DNA from: an uncultured Methanoregulaceae archaeon
GTDB taxonomy: Archaea; Halobacteriota; Methanomicrobia; Methanomicrobiales; Methanospirillaceae
Length of the DNA: 64,000 nt
Direction: 5' to 3'
NCBI GenBank assembly: GCA_963717525.1
Contig: OY970343.1
Location: forward strand, 672,001 to 736,000
Of this stretch, positions 20,568 through 30,050 are shown piece after piece. The notes below the pieces were generated by a model that made no database searches, was not told the DNA's origin, and saw only the letters and a list, made by a program, of their open reading frames with translations. The number at the start of each line of letters is the position of its first letter. Position 1 is the first letter of the stretch. The translations under genes and the position numbers were made by a program.

Positions 20568-21416
20568 TTATTCTGCGTCATCTTTGCAGAGGACTTTGAT
20601 AAGATCCCGGTCATAGAGCATGGCAACGAGGCGCTTGTCCCCGTTGATCACCGGAAGCTGGTCGACCCGTGACCTGCGCATCTTGAGCGCACACTCGCTG
20701 ACCTCCGAATTCTTGGGGACGGCAACAACATTCTTGACCATGGCAAGTTTTACCGGCCTGTTGGGCAGCTGCACGCGGGAGATGCCGAAACTTATCGTAT
20801 GATTATCCCGGATGCTCTCCCATGTCCATTCATCATCATCGGTGCCGTTGGAGAAGTCACTGACTCCCACCGAATCCTCGATGCTCGAATTCCTGATAAG
20901 GTCGCGCTCCGAGATGATACCTTGCAGCACGCTGTCGGAATTTAAGATCGGGATAGCGTCCACTCCTGAGATCTCCATGACACGGCCTACGAGCGGGAGA
21001 GGGGTGTCTTCCCAGAGTGCAAAGGTTGTGCTCATGTAGGAATCCTTGATCTCCTCTTTTATCTTCATCTGGGCTATCGCGTGAATCAGGTCGGCAACCG
21101 AGAGCAGGCCGATCAGCTTGTTATCCTCGACCACCGGCAGTCGCCGGATCCGGTGCGTGACCAGCAGCCGGGCGGCATCGCCGATGTCCGTATCAGGCCC
21201 TATCGTGACCGGCTTTGAGGCCATGAGAAGCCCCAGCTGGGTCTCTTCGGGCTTGCGAAGCAGATCCTTTCTGGTAATGATGCCGACCAGTTTCTTGTTC
21301 TTGAGCACCGGCACACCCGAGATTCCGGTCCTTTTGAGGATCTTGAGGACATCGTCGCGGTTGCCGGGAATATCTACATGGACGACATCGGAAGTCATGT
21401 AGTCCTTAACAAGCAT
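20568..21416 (-). CDS. CBS domain protein
   Basis: Four CBS-type repeats (GVPV..GIITRKDL, RLPVV..GLLSVADL, AIPI..GIISERDL, QLPV). Confidence 0.9.
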   Translation of the reverse strand: MLVKDYMTSDVVHVDIPGNRDDVLKILKRTGISGVPVLKNKKLVGIITRKDLLRKPEETQLGLLMASKPVTIGPDTDIGDAARLLVTHRIRRLPVVEDNKLIGLLSVADLIHAIAQMKIKEEIKDSYMSTTFALWEDTPLPLVGRVMEISGVDAIPILNSDSVLQGIISERDLIRNSSIEDSVGVSDFSNGTDDDEWTWESIRDNHTISFGISRVQLPNRPVKLAMVKNVVAVPKNSEVSECALKMRRSRVDQLPVINGDKRLVAMLYDRDLIKVLCKDDAE

Positions 21417-21421
21417 GTCCG

Positions 21422-21856
21422 TTATGATCTCACCACCATGGTCGTGACCGTACTGTGCGTGGTAATGTAGGTGCTGACACTTCCCAGAAGGATGCTATCG
21501 GTCTTGCTCTTCCCGTGGGAACCGGAAACAATGAGATCCACCTTCTCTTTCTTAGCCAGAGTAATGATCTCGGTACCGGCATGACCCTGTTTCATGTGCG
21601 TCATGAGGGCCACCCCGCTTTTTGCCGCTGTCTTCTTTGCTTTATCAAGAACGGAGTTACCCTCGTTCTCAAGCACGCGGTACATGATTTCTACGGTATT
21701 ATCTGATGGGAGTGATGAGAAGAGGCCGGTCTCTACCACGTAAACGGCATGGAGCCTTGCATTCCATACCTTTGCCTCGTCGACGGCTCGTTCGATCGCC
21801 TGATCACTCGCTTTTGAACCATCGATGGCAACAAGTATGTTAGTAAACAATGGCAT
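21422..21856 (-). CDS. Universal stress protein
   Basis: ILVAIDGS, DLIVSGSHG, LLGSVS. Confidence 0.92.
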   Translation of the reverse strand: MPLFTNILVAIDGSKASDQAIERAVDEAKVWNARLHAVYVVETGLFSSLPSDNTVEIMYRVLENEGNSVLDKAKKTAAKSGVALMTHMKQGHAGTEIITLAKKEKVDLIVSGSHGKSKTDSILLGSVSTYITTHSTVTTMVVRS

Positions 21857-21879
21857 CACCCAAAACAAACATGCCATTT

Positions 21880-22926
21880 TTATTGAGTTTTCAAATTAAA
21901 AACGTTATTCCCGATTTCTCCCATTTGTGCGCGCTTTACCAGCGATGTTATGGGATCGCGGCTGAAAAAAAGCGCAGACTGGATTGGATCAAGCGTAAAA
22001 AGGGCAGCGCGGGCTCCTTTCCGGATAAAAAAGGACGATCCGGTGAGCTGCGATCCTGCAACAGCAGACCAGAGGACAGCCTTTGGATGGAGATGGTATA
22101 CGATCGATGCAAACGCCATCTCCGAAAACATATCCGGGGGAACAAACATCACGTTGTCCGTGCCAAGCATCACCGTGCACCCGACTTCGATCATGGCATG
22201 AATAGGGGGATACCGTGCCGATGAGGTCACGCCCAGCGCCCAGTTGGAACGGGGGCAGACAGTAATCGGGATCTCCAGATCCGCGCACGCCCGGAGTTGT
22301 TTTTTTGTCGCATGGGTCATGTGGATGAGGAGATCCGGTTCGAACGAAAGCGCAGCGTCAACGTCACCGCTGTCACGTTCGCCCGCATGGAACGCGATTT
22401 TTTTTCCCGCGTTCCGGGCCGCCCTTACCTGCCGCTCTACCCCAGGTACATCACGGGTACTGCTCACCCCGAGACCGTCTGCAGTCTCTTCTCCCCCTTC
22501 CCTCCCGAAGATAACGGGCTGAAAGTTGAGACCTGCAACCGCATCCCGGAGCGTATTCACTCCATCTCTCCCCCCCTCCCGGAAATCCGCGCAGCCGAAC
22601 GTCCCGGACCGGATCATGCCGGTGACGGACGCCCGCATCCCGGCGACAAGATCTTTCCGTGATGCGGCAGAAAGAAGCCGGTGCTTAAGGCCATCGGGGG
22701 GGGCCACCATGCTGACCAGATCCCCGGTACTTCCGCAGTCCATGGCAATAGTGTCGCCCAAGTGCGTATGGGCGTCAAAAAAAGCCGGGCAGATCCAGAC
22801 CGGGGGGGCCCGGGAGGTCTCTTCGACCGCAGCGATAAGGCCCTTCTCGATCACAATGTCGACCGGCCGGAGCGCGAGCTCCTCGCCCACCAGCGCCTGA
22901 CCGGAGAGGACCTGTGAGGATTTCAT
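21880..22926 (-). CDS. Amidohydrolase superfamily protein
   Basis: DAHTHLGD, HAGE, IHMTH, CPRSN, LGTDN. Confidence 0.88.
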   Translation of the reverse strand: MKSSQVLSGQALVGEELALRPVDIVIEKGLIAAVEETSRAPPVWICPAFFDAHTHLGDTIAMDCGSTGDLVSMVAPPDGLKHRLLSAASRKDLVAGMRASVTGMIRSGTFGCADFREGGRDGVNTLRDAVAGLNFQPVIFGREGGEETADGLGVSSTRDVPGVERQVRAARNAGKKIAFHAGERDSGDVDAALSFEPDLLIHMTHATKKQLRACADLEIPITVCPRSNWALGVTSSARYPPIHAMIEVGCTVMLGTDNVMFVPPDMFSEMAFASIVYHLHPKAVLWSAVAGSQLTGSSFFIRKGARAALFTLDPIQSALFFSRDPITSLVKRAQMGEIGNNVFNLKTQ

Positions 22927-22974
22927 CGGGTACCGTAACTCTCTTTTATATATCGAAAAATGAAATATATTTGC

Positions 22975-23145
22975 ATGGCAAAGAAACAAGGCGGAAGGTT
23001 ACTTTCATCGGCAGGTCTCGTCAACTATTACGAGAGCGAAGACCGGCGGGCAATACATATCAGTCCCATAACGGTCATGGCAATCGCCGCCGTTGTCGGG
23101 ATCATCGTCATGGTCTTCAATCTCCTGTATTCAACACATGCATAA
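22975..23145 (+). CDS. secG: Preprotein translocase subunit Sec61beta
   Basis: GGRLLSSAGLVNYYESE..ISP followed by a single TM helix. Confidence 0.92.
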   Translation: MAKKQGGRLLSSAGLVNYYESEDRRAIHISPITVMAIAAVVGIIVMVFNLLYSTHA

Positions 23146-23182
23146 CTCCGGTCCATGAACGGACCGGATCCGCTTTTTTCCC

Positions 23183-23936
23183 TCACGAGGGGCAGTGTTC
23201 TTTGAGCAGTTTTCTGGTAATATCCTCGGTCTTCGAGAAATAGAGGTCATCATGCCCGGTCCAGGGCTGGCAGTTGCGGAACAGTACCGCCGGGACGCCG
23301 TTGTTGCTCTCCCCCATGACAAAGTTGGCAAATCCCGCGATCTCGTCCACTACTGCCTCCTCCGTGATCTTGAGTTCATGGCCGAAGAGGTCAACATCCC
23401 CCCGGAAATCCCGGATGGCCGTAAACCCGCTCCACCCGATAGCGTGCCCGGTCTGCCCCCGCCGGAACGAGCGCCCGCAGGTGTCCGTGATGATCACACC
23501 AATCTTTTTTCCGGTGAGCTGCCGGATCTCCTCCCTGAGCCTGCGCCGCCGCATGCATGGGGTCGGGAGGAAGGAAGATTACCATGCCGTCATCGATATT
23601 GCTCTGGTCGACACCCGCACGGACCCCGATATGGCCGAACGGGAGTTCGGAGAGAATAAACGGGTACTCCATGATGATATCTTTCGAGGCATCAATCACA
23701 GCCTGAACAAACCGGGGATCTTCCTTGTTGAGCTCCGCAAGGTGCAGTGCCCGCTTTGACGGCGTGATATCAGCGAGGGATTTTGTGAACCCTTTGGCTT
23801 TAGAATACACAGTCGAGGCAAGAGAGAGAATATCACCGTTTTCCACCTTTACCCGCTCACAGATCATTGCCGGGATATTATCACCGGCCCTGATCAACGG
23901 GAGCCCCCGGATACCTGTGACAACAATATTTTCCAT
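23183..23936 (-). CDS. cofE: Coenzyme F420-0:L-glutamate ligase (apparent +1 frameshift at about 23540)
   Basis: GLPLIRAGD, STVYSKAKG, AGVDQSN and LPPDP in one frame; IITDTCGRSFRRG and MGESNNGVP in the next. Confidence 0.9.
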
Positions 23937-24125
23937 AGTACTCGTTCTATTGGGTTGATCTCCCGATATAGGGGTTTCGTTTGGTTTTTGTTTCTTGGCA
24001 GAGAACCCGGGCAATCCCTCTTCATAGGATCTCGTCACCTCCGTTTCTGCCAGGGCAGTTAAGAAACCTATTATGCCTGAACCATAATGTCAATATATTT
24101 TTATAGAGGATGAACTGATGACCTC

Positions 24126-24401
24126 ATGTTTATGTACCATATCCTCCGGTGTCCGGGGTGCAAAACGTTTACGTACGTGGACCGGTACCAGAAATGGAAA
24201 CTCTGCCCGGCCTGCGGCCATGCCTACGAGGTTGCCCGGGTGCCTGCCTATCTGGAGGTTGGGGATTACCATGATGCCGAGCATATCATACGGCAGATGG
24301 AAAAACACCTCCATGCCCATAAAAAGAAGGATTTCACCCCGGAAGAATCCGAAGAACTGCGCCGGCATTATGCCGAATGGTTCCGGAAAAAGTGCCATTG
24401 A
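24126..24401 (+). CDS. Zinc-ribbon protein (DUF1922-like)
   Basis: RCPGC..FTY...CPACG. Confidence 0.7.
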   Translation: MFMYHILRCPGCKTFTYVDRYQKWKLCPACGHAYEVARVPAYLEVGDYHDAEHIIRQMEKHLHAHKKKDFTPEESEELRRHYAEWFRKKCH

Positions 24402-24527
24402 AACCAGTTTTTTTGTTTGTCTTATATAATACCAGGGACGATTCTCTGTTCCCTATTAGAGTTGGACACGCGTATATGTTGCAAGGTTCATCTGCCTGAA
24501 AAGCAAGATAGTCCTTGCAGGTGTCCC

Positions 24528-25770
24528 GTGGAGCAGTACGATACCGCCGTTATTGGTGCCGGCCCAGCAGGCCTTTTCTGCGCGATCCATGCGGCGGCGC
24601 CGGGGGCCAGCGTGCTCCTGCTGGAGAAGAACCCTAGGCCCGGGGAAAAGCTCAGGATTTCCGGGACCGGCCAGTGCAACATCACGCATGACGGTGAGAT
24701 GGGATCATTTTTTCCCCGGTACGGCTCTCACAGGCAGTTTATCAGGCCGGCACTGTTATCTTTTACCAACCGGGCGCTCCTTCGCTTTTTTGAAGATCGC
24801 GGCCTTTCTTTCGAGATTATGCCGGGCGGCAAGGTTTTCCCGGTAAGCCGGAACGCCGGTGAGGTTTGCGATATCCTGATCCACGAGTGCGAAAGCCGGG
24901 GCGTTCTCGTGCGGTGCGGGGAACCTGTCCAGAGAGTCGATTCTATGAATCCTGGTTTTGTCATCCAGACTGCTGGCTTGAGGGTGCGTTCAAAGAACCT
25001 TGTCCTTGCTACCGGCGGGGCATCGTACCCGAGTACAGGATCAACCGGCGACGGTTACCGGATTGCGGCATCCCTGGGCCATTCGATCATGAGGATCGGC
25101 CCGGCGCTCGCCCCGCTCATTATAAAAAATTTCCCGTTTTCCTCCCTGGCCGGTATGACCTTTCCCGGGTTACCGTTCTCGGTCTGGCGGAAAAACCACA
25201 AAATCATTGAAAGTGAGGGTGACGTGCTTTTCACGCATACCGGCCTCTCCGGCCCTGGTATCCTTGATCGTTCCCGAGACATTAGGGCAGGAGATGAGAT
25301 CCGGCTCTCATGCGCCGGTCCGGTAAAGCGAGAAGATGCAGCGCGGGAGGTCCTTGATGCCATTAACCGTGCCCCGTCAAAAACGATCAAGACCATTGTT
25401 GCCGGTATGGGTGTTCCCGAACGGCTTTCCCGGATTCTTCCCGAGCTGGCCGGGATTCCGGCTGACAGTACCCGGTGCTCACCTGACTGCTGCCGGCCGC
25501 AATCGTTTGATCGGCATGCTAACAGAATGTCCGCTGGAAGTCTCGGCCGTGGGTGATCTTTCTGTTGCGATGGTAACACGGGGGGGCATTGCGCTTTCGG
25601 AAGTGCATCCCAAAACTATGGAATCAAAACTGGTGCCCGGGCTTTATTTTGCTGGGGAGGTGCTCGACATCGATGGCGACACGGGAGGTTTCAATCTCCA
25701 GGCCGCGTTCTCAACGGGTTTTCTTGCGGCGCAGGGGATCCGGTTGCGTAACGGACACCACGTGGATTGA
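24528..25770 (+). CDS. HI0933/BaiN-like flavoprotein oxidoreductase (apparent +1 frameshift at about 25472)
   Basis: IGAGPAG, SGTGQCN, ATGG.SYP.TGSTGDG, FTHTGLSGP; C-terminal VTRGG, YFAGEVLD.DG.TGGFNLQAA in the next frame. Confidence 0.88.
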
Positions 25771-25883
25771 TCCAAAATCTCTTTGACAAAAAGATCCTCA
25801 CTGATCACGAAGATAACCTATTTATTGGCACAGGATCGAGCCATTCTGGTATACATAAGCACCATGGGCATGAGGACAGGAGA

Positions 25884-26285
25884 ATGGACGCGGATTCAGG
25901 CAACCGGCAACACAACGACACCGGTGAAAACACAGTGAATGAAGAACCTTCCCACACCTCCTATGAGAATGTCACTACGGATCCCTGCCCTCCTGTTTCT
26001 CGGGATGCCATCCCCGGAATGACCCTGGAACAGATCATCGATATGACCGGGGAGTTTGCACACCTCCACGAGCTCATCATGATTCATATCGAGCAGGCCG
26101 GAGGATTTGCCGGTGCTGACGCGTATTTCCGCACGGTACAGCCTCTCCTCGATCTGCTCGAAATTGAGATCCGGATCCGGTGCAGATCCGGCCTCACCCC
26201 GCAGCAGATGAAACTGGTAGTGCAGGACTGGATCGACCAGGAGATCAAGGCCTGTATGGAAAGGACCGTTACCCGTGACCCGTAA
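25884..26285 (+). CDS. Hypothetical protein
   Basis: ATG after GGAG; low-complexity N-terminus and helical C-terminus. Confidence 0.55.
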   Translation: MDADSGNRQHNDTGENTVNEEPSHTSYENVTTDPCPPVSRDAIPGMTLEQIIDMTGEFAHLHELIMIHIEQAGGFAGADAYFRTVQPLLDLLEIEIRIRCRSGLTPQQMKLVVQDWIDQEIKACMERTVTRDP

Positions 26286-26359
26286 CGATCATGGGTGTCG
26301 GCCGGGACGTATTTTACGAAACTAGAAAGCGGATCGTGAACAACACTGCACCGTAAATT

Positions 26360-26683
26360 ATGCAGTTCTTCGGATGTGGTCTGAATATACTCTTATGTGC
26401 AGCACTTTTATCCCTCCTGTTCGCCGGCGGTTGCACGACCGCCGGTCCTGCGGGCACCTATACCGGAATCAACAGCCCTTCCAGTGTGATTGTTTTGCAT
26501 ACTGACGGTACTATGGATTTCCGGAACAGTGCAGGCTCATACTCAGGAAATTATACTCTTAATGGAAACACTCTGACACTGATCCGGACCGATGAGAACG
26601 GTGCTACCAGCGCCCTTTTTACGACCATTGAACCAAATGGAACTTTCTCGATCGGCATTATGACGTACAGGAAAAAATCCTGA
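26360..26683 (+). CDS. Small lipoprotein-like protein
   Basis: Hydrophobic signal ending FAGGC, then GTY...DGT...GNYTLNGNTLTL beta-strand pattern. Confidence 0.7.
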   Translation: MQFFGCGLNILLCAALLSLLFAGGCTTAGPAGTYTGINSPSSVIVLHTDGTMDFRNSAGSYSGNYTLNGNTLTLIRTDENGATSALFTTIEPNGTFSIGIMTYRKKS

Positions 26684-26863
26684 ACCTTCTTTTTCATTCG
26701 TTCGGCCTTCCGGAAAAACGACCTTCTGTCGGATTTATTCAAGAGGAGGGTAAAGGAACTCTCGGTAGTTGATGTGTGGTTGCCGGATATTCCTCCGGTG
26801 AAGAAATGGCGGGTTTTCGGCCGGATTGTATCTGGCAGCCAAAGCCAGGTTAAAAATAGTATT

Positions 26864-28069
26864 TTAGATCAACCCGGTTGCCCAGGTATACATGTTATGG
26901 AGACCGGCAGATATCACTGTCCCGGGGTCGATGTGGAGCAGCGGGAAAACGAGGATAAAATAGAGAACGGTCCCAATCAGGCTCCCTATATTTGCAAGTG
27001 CTGCTACAAGTACGACTTTGAAGAGCGGTATACGTGACATCTCCCGGATCGATTCGGTCTCGTAGATTCTCCGGAAATCTGATACTGGCGGTTTTCGTAC
27101 CTTCGCCTCCACATACGCGGCAAACCATCCCGCATGTAGCAGCGGGTTTAAGGAGGTCATCCATGCCACCCCAAAACAGGTGAGGGCGGAATACGGGTGG
27201 CCACCGGCGATGAGGGTAAATATTGCGGCAAGCACTCCATGAATGATCACCCAGAAGAGGAGCGCGTACAAAAGCACCGTCAGGCCGACACCGGAGAAGG
27301 CGATCGCGGCCAACAGGAAGGCAAAAAGCCCGGTGACCGCAAACCCGAATATTTTTGCCCAGGGAAAGGATTTCGGCTCCCTGGTAAGCGCGTCAAACGG
27401 GGGGAGGGTCTGCGGCTGTTCGACGTAGGTAGTGATACCCTGCCGGTGCCCGGCGCCGACTACGGCAAGGATGCGTGCTTCCGGCCGCTGCACCTTTAAA
27501 AGAACAAGCTGATGGGCGATAAACGCATCGCGCTCATCTATCAGTGCATGGGCGCCATTGGGCGAGAACCTGCGAAACTCCTCCATAACCGCATCGATAA
27601 TGTTCTGCTCCTTGAGCGATTCGATATCGATCTCCTCACCGCCATCCACCTCCGCGATGGAGTAGATCAGCGCAAAGACCATCTTGATCTTCTCGATGAT
27701 CCCCATCGATTTCCAGAACCTCAGGAGGGTGAGCCTGATGTCGCGGTCCACAAGGGCGACCGGGATGTTGCGGCTCTCCGCTTCTGCGATGGCGGCCTTC
27801 ATCTCGGCGCCCGGCTCGACCCCGACGTCGACCCCGATCTTCCGCTGGAGGTAGGAGAGGAACCACTGGACAAGGAGCGAGTTAAAGTTCTTTACTTCAA
27901 GGACATCATCTACCGTCGGATCACGGGCCTGTTTTTTGAGGGCCAAGAACCGGGCCGGGTCAAGCTCAATGGCCACGATATCCGGCCGGAATTCCTCTAT
28001 TGCAGCCTTGACCTCATCGACACTTTTCTGGGAAACGTGTGCAGTCCCGATGATCCTTAACTCAGCCAT
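26864..28069 (-). CDS. TraB/PrgY (pheromone shutdown) family protein
   Basis: IGTAHVS, ELD, PGAEM, DRDI, DERD, VVGAGH; C-terminal TM helices with TSLNP. Confidence 0.92.
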   Translation of the reverse strand: MAELRIIGTAHVSQKSVDEVKAAIEEFRPDIVAIELDPARFLALKKQARDPTVDDVLEVKNFNSLLVQWFLSYLQRKIGVDVGVEPGAEMKAAIAEAESRNIPVALVDRDIRLTLLRFWKSMGIIEKIKMVFALIYSIAEVDGGEEIDIESLKEQNIIDAVMEEFRRFSPNGAHALIDERDAFIAHQLVLLKVQRPEARILAVVGAGHRQGITTYVEQPQTLPPFDALTREPKSFPWAKIFGFAVTGLFAFLLAAIAFSGVGLTVLLYALLFWVIIHGVLAAIFTLIAGGHPYSALTCFGVAWMTSLNPLLHAGWFAAYVEAKVRKPPVSDFRRIYETESIREMSRIPLFKVVLVAALANIGSLIGTVLYFILVFPLLHIDPGTVISAGLHNMYTWATGLI

Positions 28070-28334
28070 CAGCCACCGTAATTCCAACACTATTGGTCTT
28101 TTAGCTTCTTTAATAGTGGGGTACCACAAAAGAGGCGAAGGTAAATTCTCGATACTTCAAATACAGCTCCATGCATGCCAAAAAGAAAAAACGTAAAAAC
28201 AAATTCATCACAATTTTTAAATTCCTAAAAAAACACGCTCCGGAAAGCGGGTGCTGCATTCCCAGAACGTTGGTACCGTAACCGGATTATTATGCCGGTT
28301 TCACCTATATATCCGCAATAGCGGGGGGGACGGC

Positions 28335-29153
28335 ATGAAGATTGCAGTGGCCGGGAAGGGAGGGTCAGGGAAGACACTGGTTGCCGGCAGCCTTGCATTC
28401 CTGCTCACCCGTGCCGGATATACAACCCTCACCATTGACGCTGACTCGGCGCCCAACCTCGGATTTCTGCTCGGGCTTTCCGCCCGTGAGGCGGGGGCCA
28501 TCGTCCCGGTCTCAAAAAACGAGGGGCTTATTGCCGCAAAGACCGGGACTGCGTTTCCCGGGGTCTATTCCCTGAACTTCACGGTCGATGATGTGGTATC
28601 GAAGTATGCCGTGCCGACCCCGGCCGGGCCTCACCTGCTGGTCATGGGCACCGTGACCTCGATGGGGGCCGGCTGCACCTGCCCGGCAAACAGTATGATC
28701 CGCGCCCTGCTTCGCCACCTTTTCGTGGAGCGGGACGAAATGGTGGTCCTTGATATGGAAGCCGGTGTCGAGCATATCGGGAGAGGGACCGCGGAGAACG
28801 TTGATATGATGCTTGTCGTAAGTGACGCACACCGACAATCACTTGCTATCGCAGAAAGGATCCTGAGGATGGCAAAGGATGCTGGCATTCCCCGGCTTGC
28901 GCTTGTCGGGAACAGGATCATGGATGCCGGACAGGAACAGGTTATACGGGATTTTGCACATACCCGCGATCTTGCAGTTGTGGGCATGATCCCATTCGAT
29001 GCGACGGTGACTCGGGCGGGTATCGCGGGGGACTCAATCGAAACCCTTCAAAACTCGGCTGCAGTCTGTGCCATCAGCGGGATCCTTGACCGGATTTTTC
29101 AGGATTTGCAAACACGGCCGCTTATTCGGGATGCTCCAGGGGGACACGCATGA
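28335..29153 (+). CDS. cooC: CooC-type nickel-insertion ATPase
   Basis: GKGGSGKT, IDAD..PNL, GCTCP, DMEAGVEH.GRGT. Confidence 0.9.
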   Translation: MKIAVAGKGGSGKTLVAGSLAFLLTRAGYTTLTIDADSAPNLGFLLGLSAREAGAIVPVSKNEGLIAAKTGTAFPGVYSLNFTVDDVVSKYAVPTPAGPHLLVMGTVTSMGAGCTCPANSMIRALLRHLFVERDEMVVLDMEAGVEHIGRGTAENVDMMLVVSDAHRQSLAIAERILRMAKDAGIPRLALVGNRIMDAGQEQVIRDFAHTRDLAVVGMIPFDATVTRAGIAGDSIETLQNSAAVCAISGILDRIFQDLQTRPLIRDAPGGHA

Positions 29154-29929
29154 AGACCCTGGTGACGATGGGCCGGGGCGGAACCGGTAAGACGAGTTTT
29201 GTCGCGATGCAGACAAAATATTTCCTCGAACAGGATGAGGCGCCGTTTCTCCTTGTGGATATCGATCCTGACCAGAACCTTGCCGAGATGGTGGGTGTCG
29301 ATCTTGAAAAGGAAGGCATAAAGACGATCGCCGAACTGGTCACGGATACTTTCATTAAGAAAGGAGGGACGATGACCGGGATAGCCCCGGTCGAACGGAT
29401 CGAGAACCGGGTGCTCCGGGAAGGGCTCTACGAAGGCAGCCACTTCGATCTGATCGCCGTAGGGACCAAGTGGATCGAGGGCTGTTACTGCATGCCCGAT
29501 GCCGCGCTCAAGGGAGCGCTTGGGGTGCTCACGAAAAACTACCGGTACGTGCTGGTCGATTCCCCGGCTGGCCTTGAGCATCTTAACCGAAAGATCACCG
29601 CAGCCGTCAACGATATCTTTGATGTGATGGGCCCTTCGCATAAGTCCTTCGCCCATGTCCTGCGTGCAGACCGGATCACCCGGGAGGTCGGGATTGCGTT
29701 TGATCGTTTCTTTGTGGTCGGGGGCTGCCTCTTTCCCTCCGGCCTTGAGGCGAAGGCGCAGGTGGAGACCGGCCGGGAATACCTGGGAAAGATCGTCTTT
29801 GATTCCATGGTGCAGGAATCGGTCATCGCCGGCCGGTCGCTTCTTGATATTCCGGTGAGTTCCCCGGCGTACCGTTCCGTCTGCACACTTATGGAGAAGG
29901 CTGGTTACGGGGAGGCAGGATCAGGATGA
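29150..29929 (+). CDS. CooC/AcsF-like ATPase (second paralog)
   Basis: GRGGTGKT, DIDPDQNL, EGCYC, DSPAGLEHLNRK. Confidence 0.85.
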   Translation: MKTLVTMGRGGTGKTSFVAMQTKYFLEQDEAPFLLVDIDPDQNLAEMVGVDLEKEGIKTIAELVTDTFIKKGGTMTGIAPVERIENRVLREGLYEGSHFDLIAVGTKWIEGCYCMPDAALKGALGVLTKNYRYVLVDSPAGLEHLNRKITAAVNDIFDVMGPSHKSFAHVLRADRITREVGIAFDRFFVVGGCLFPSGLEAKAQVETGREYLGKIVFDSMVQESVIAGRSLLDIPVSSPAYRSVCTLMEKAGYGEAGSG

Positions 29930-30050
29930 TCGCTGCCGTCACCGCTTCCTGCGCCCCGGTCGGCAAGTCGATTCGGTTAAAAACCTGTACGATAAATATA
30001 ATCCTTTATTCCTGTATTTTAGTTAAGAATGTACCCCGGTTGTGCTGCTG

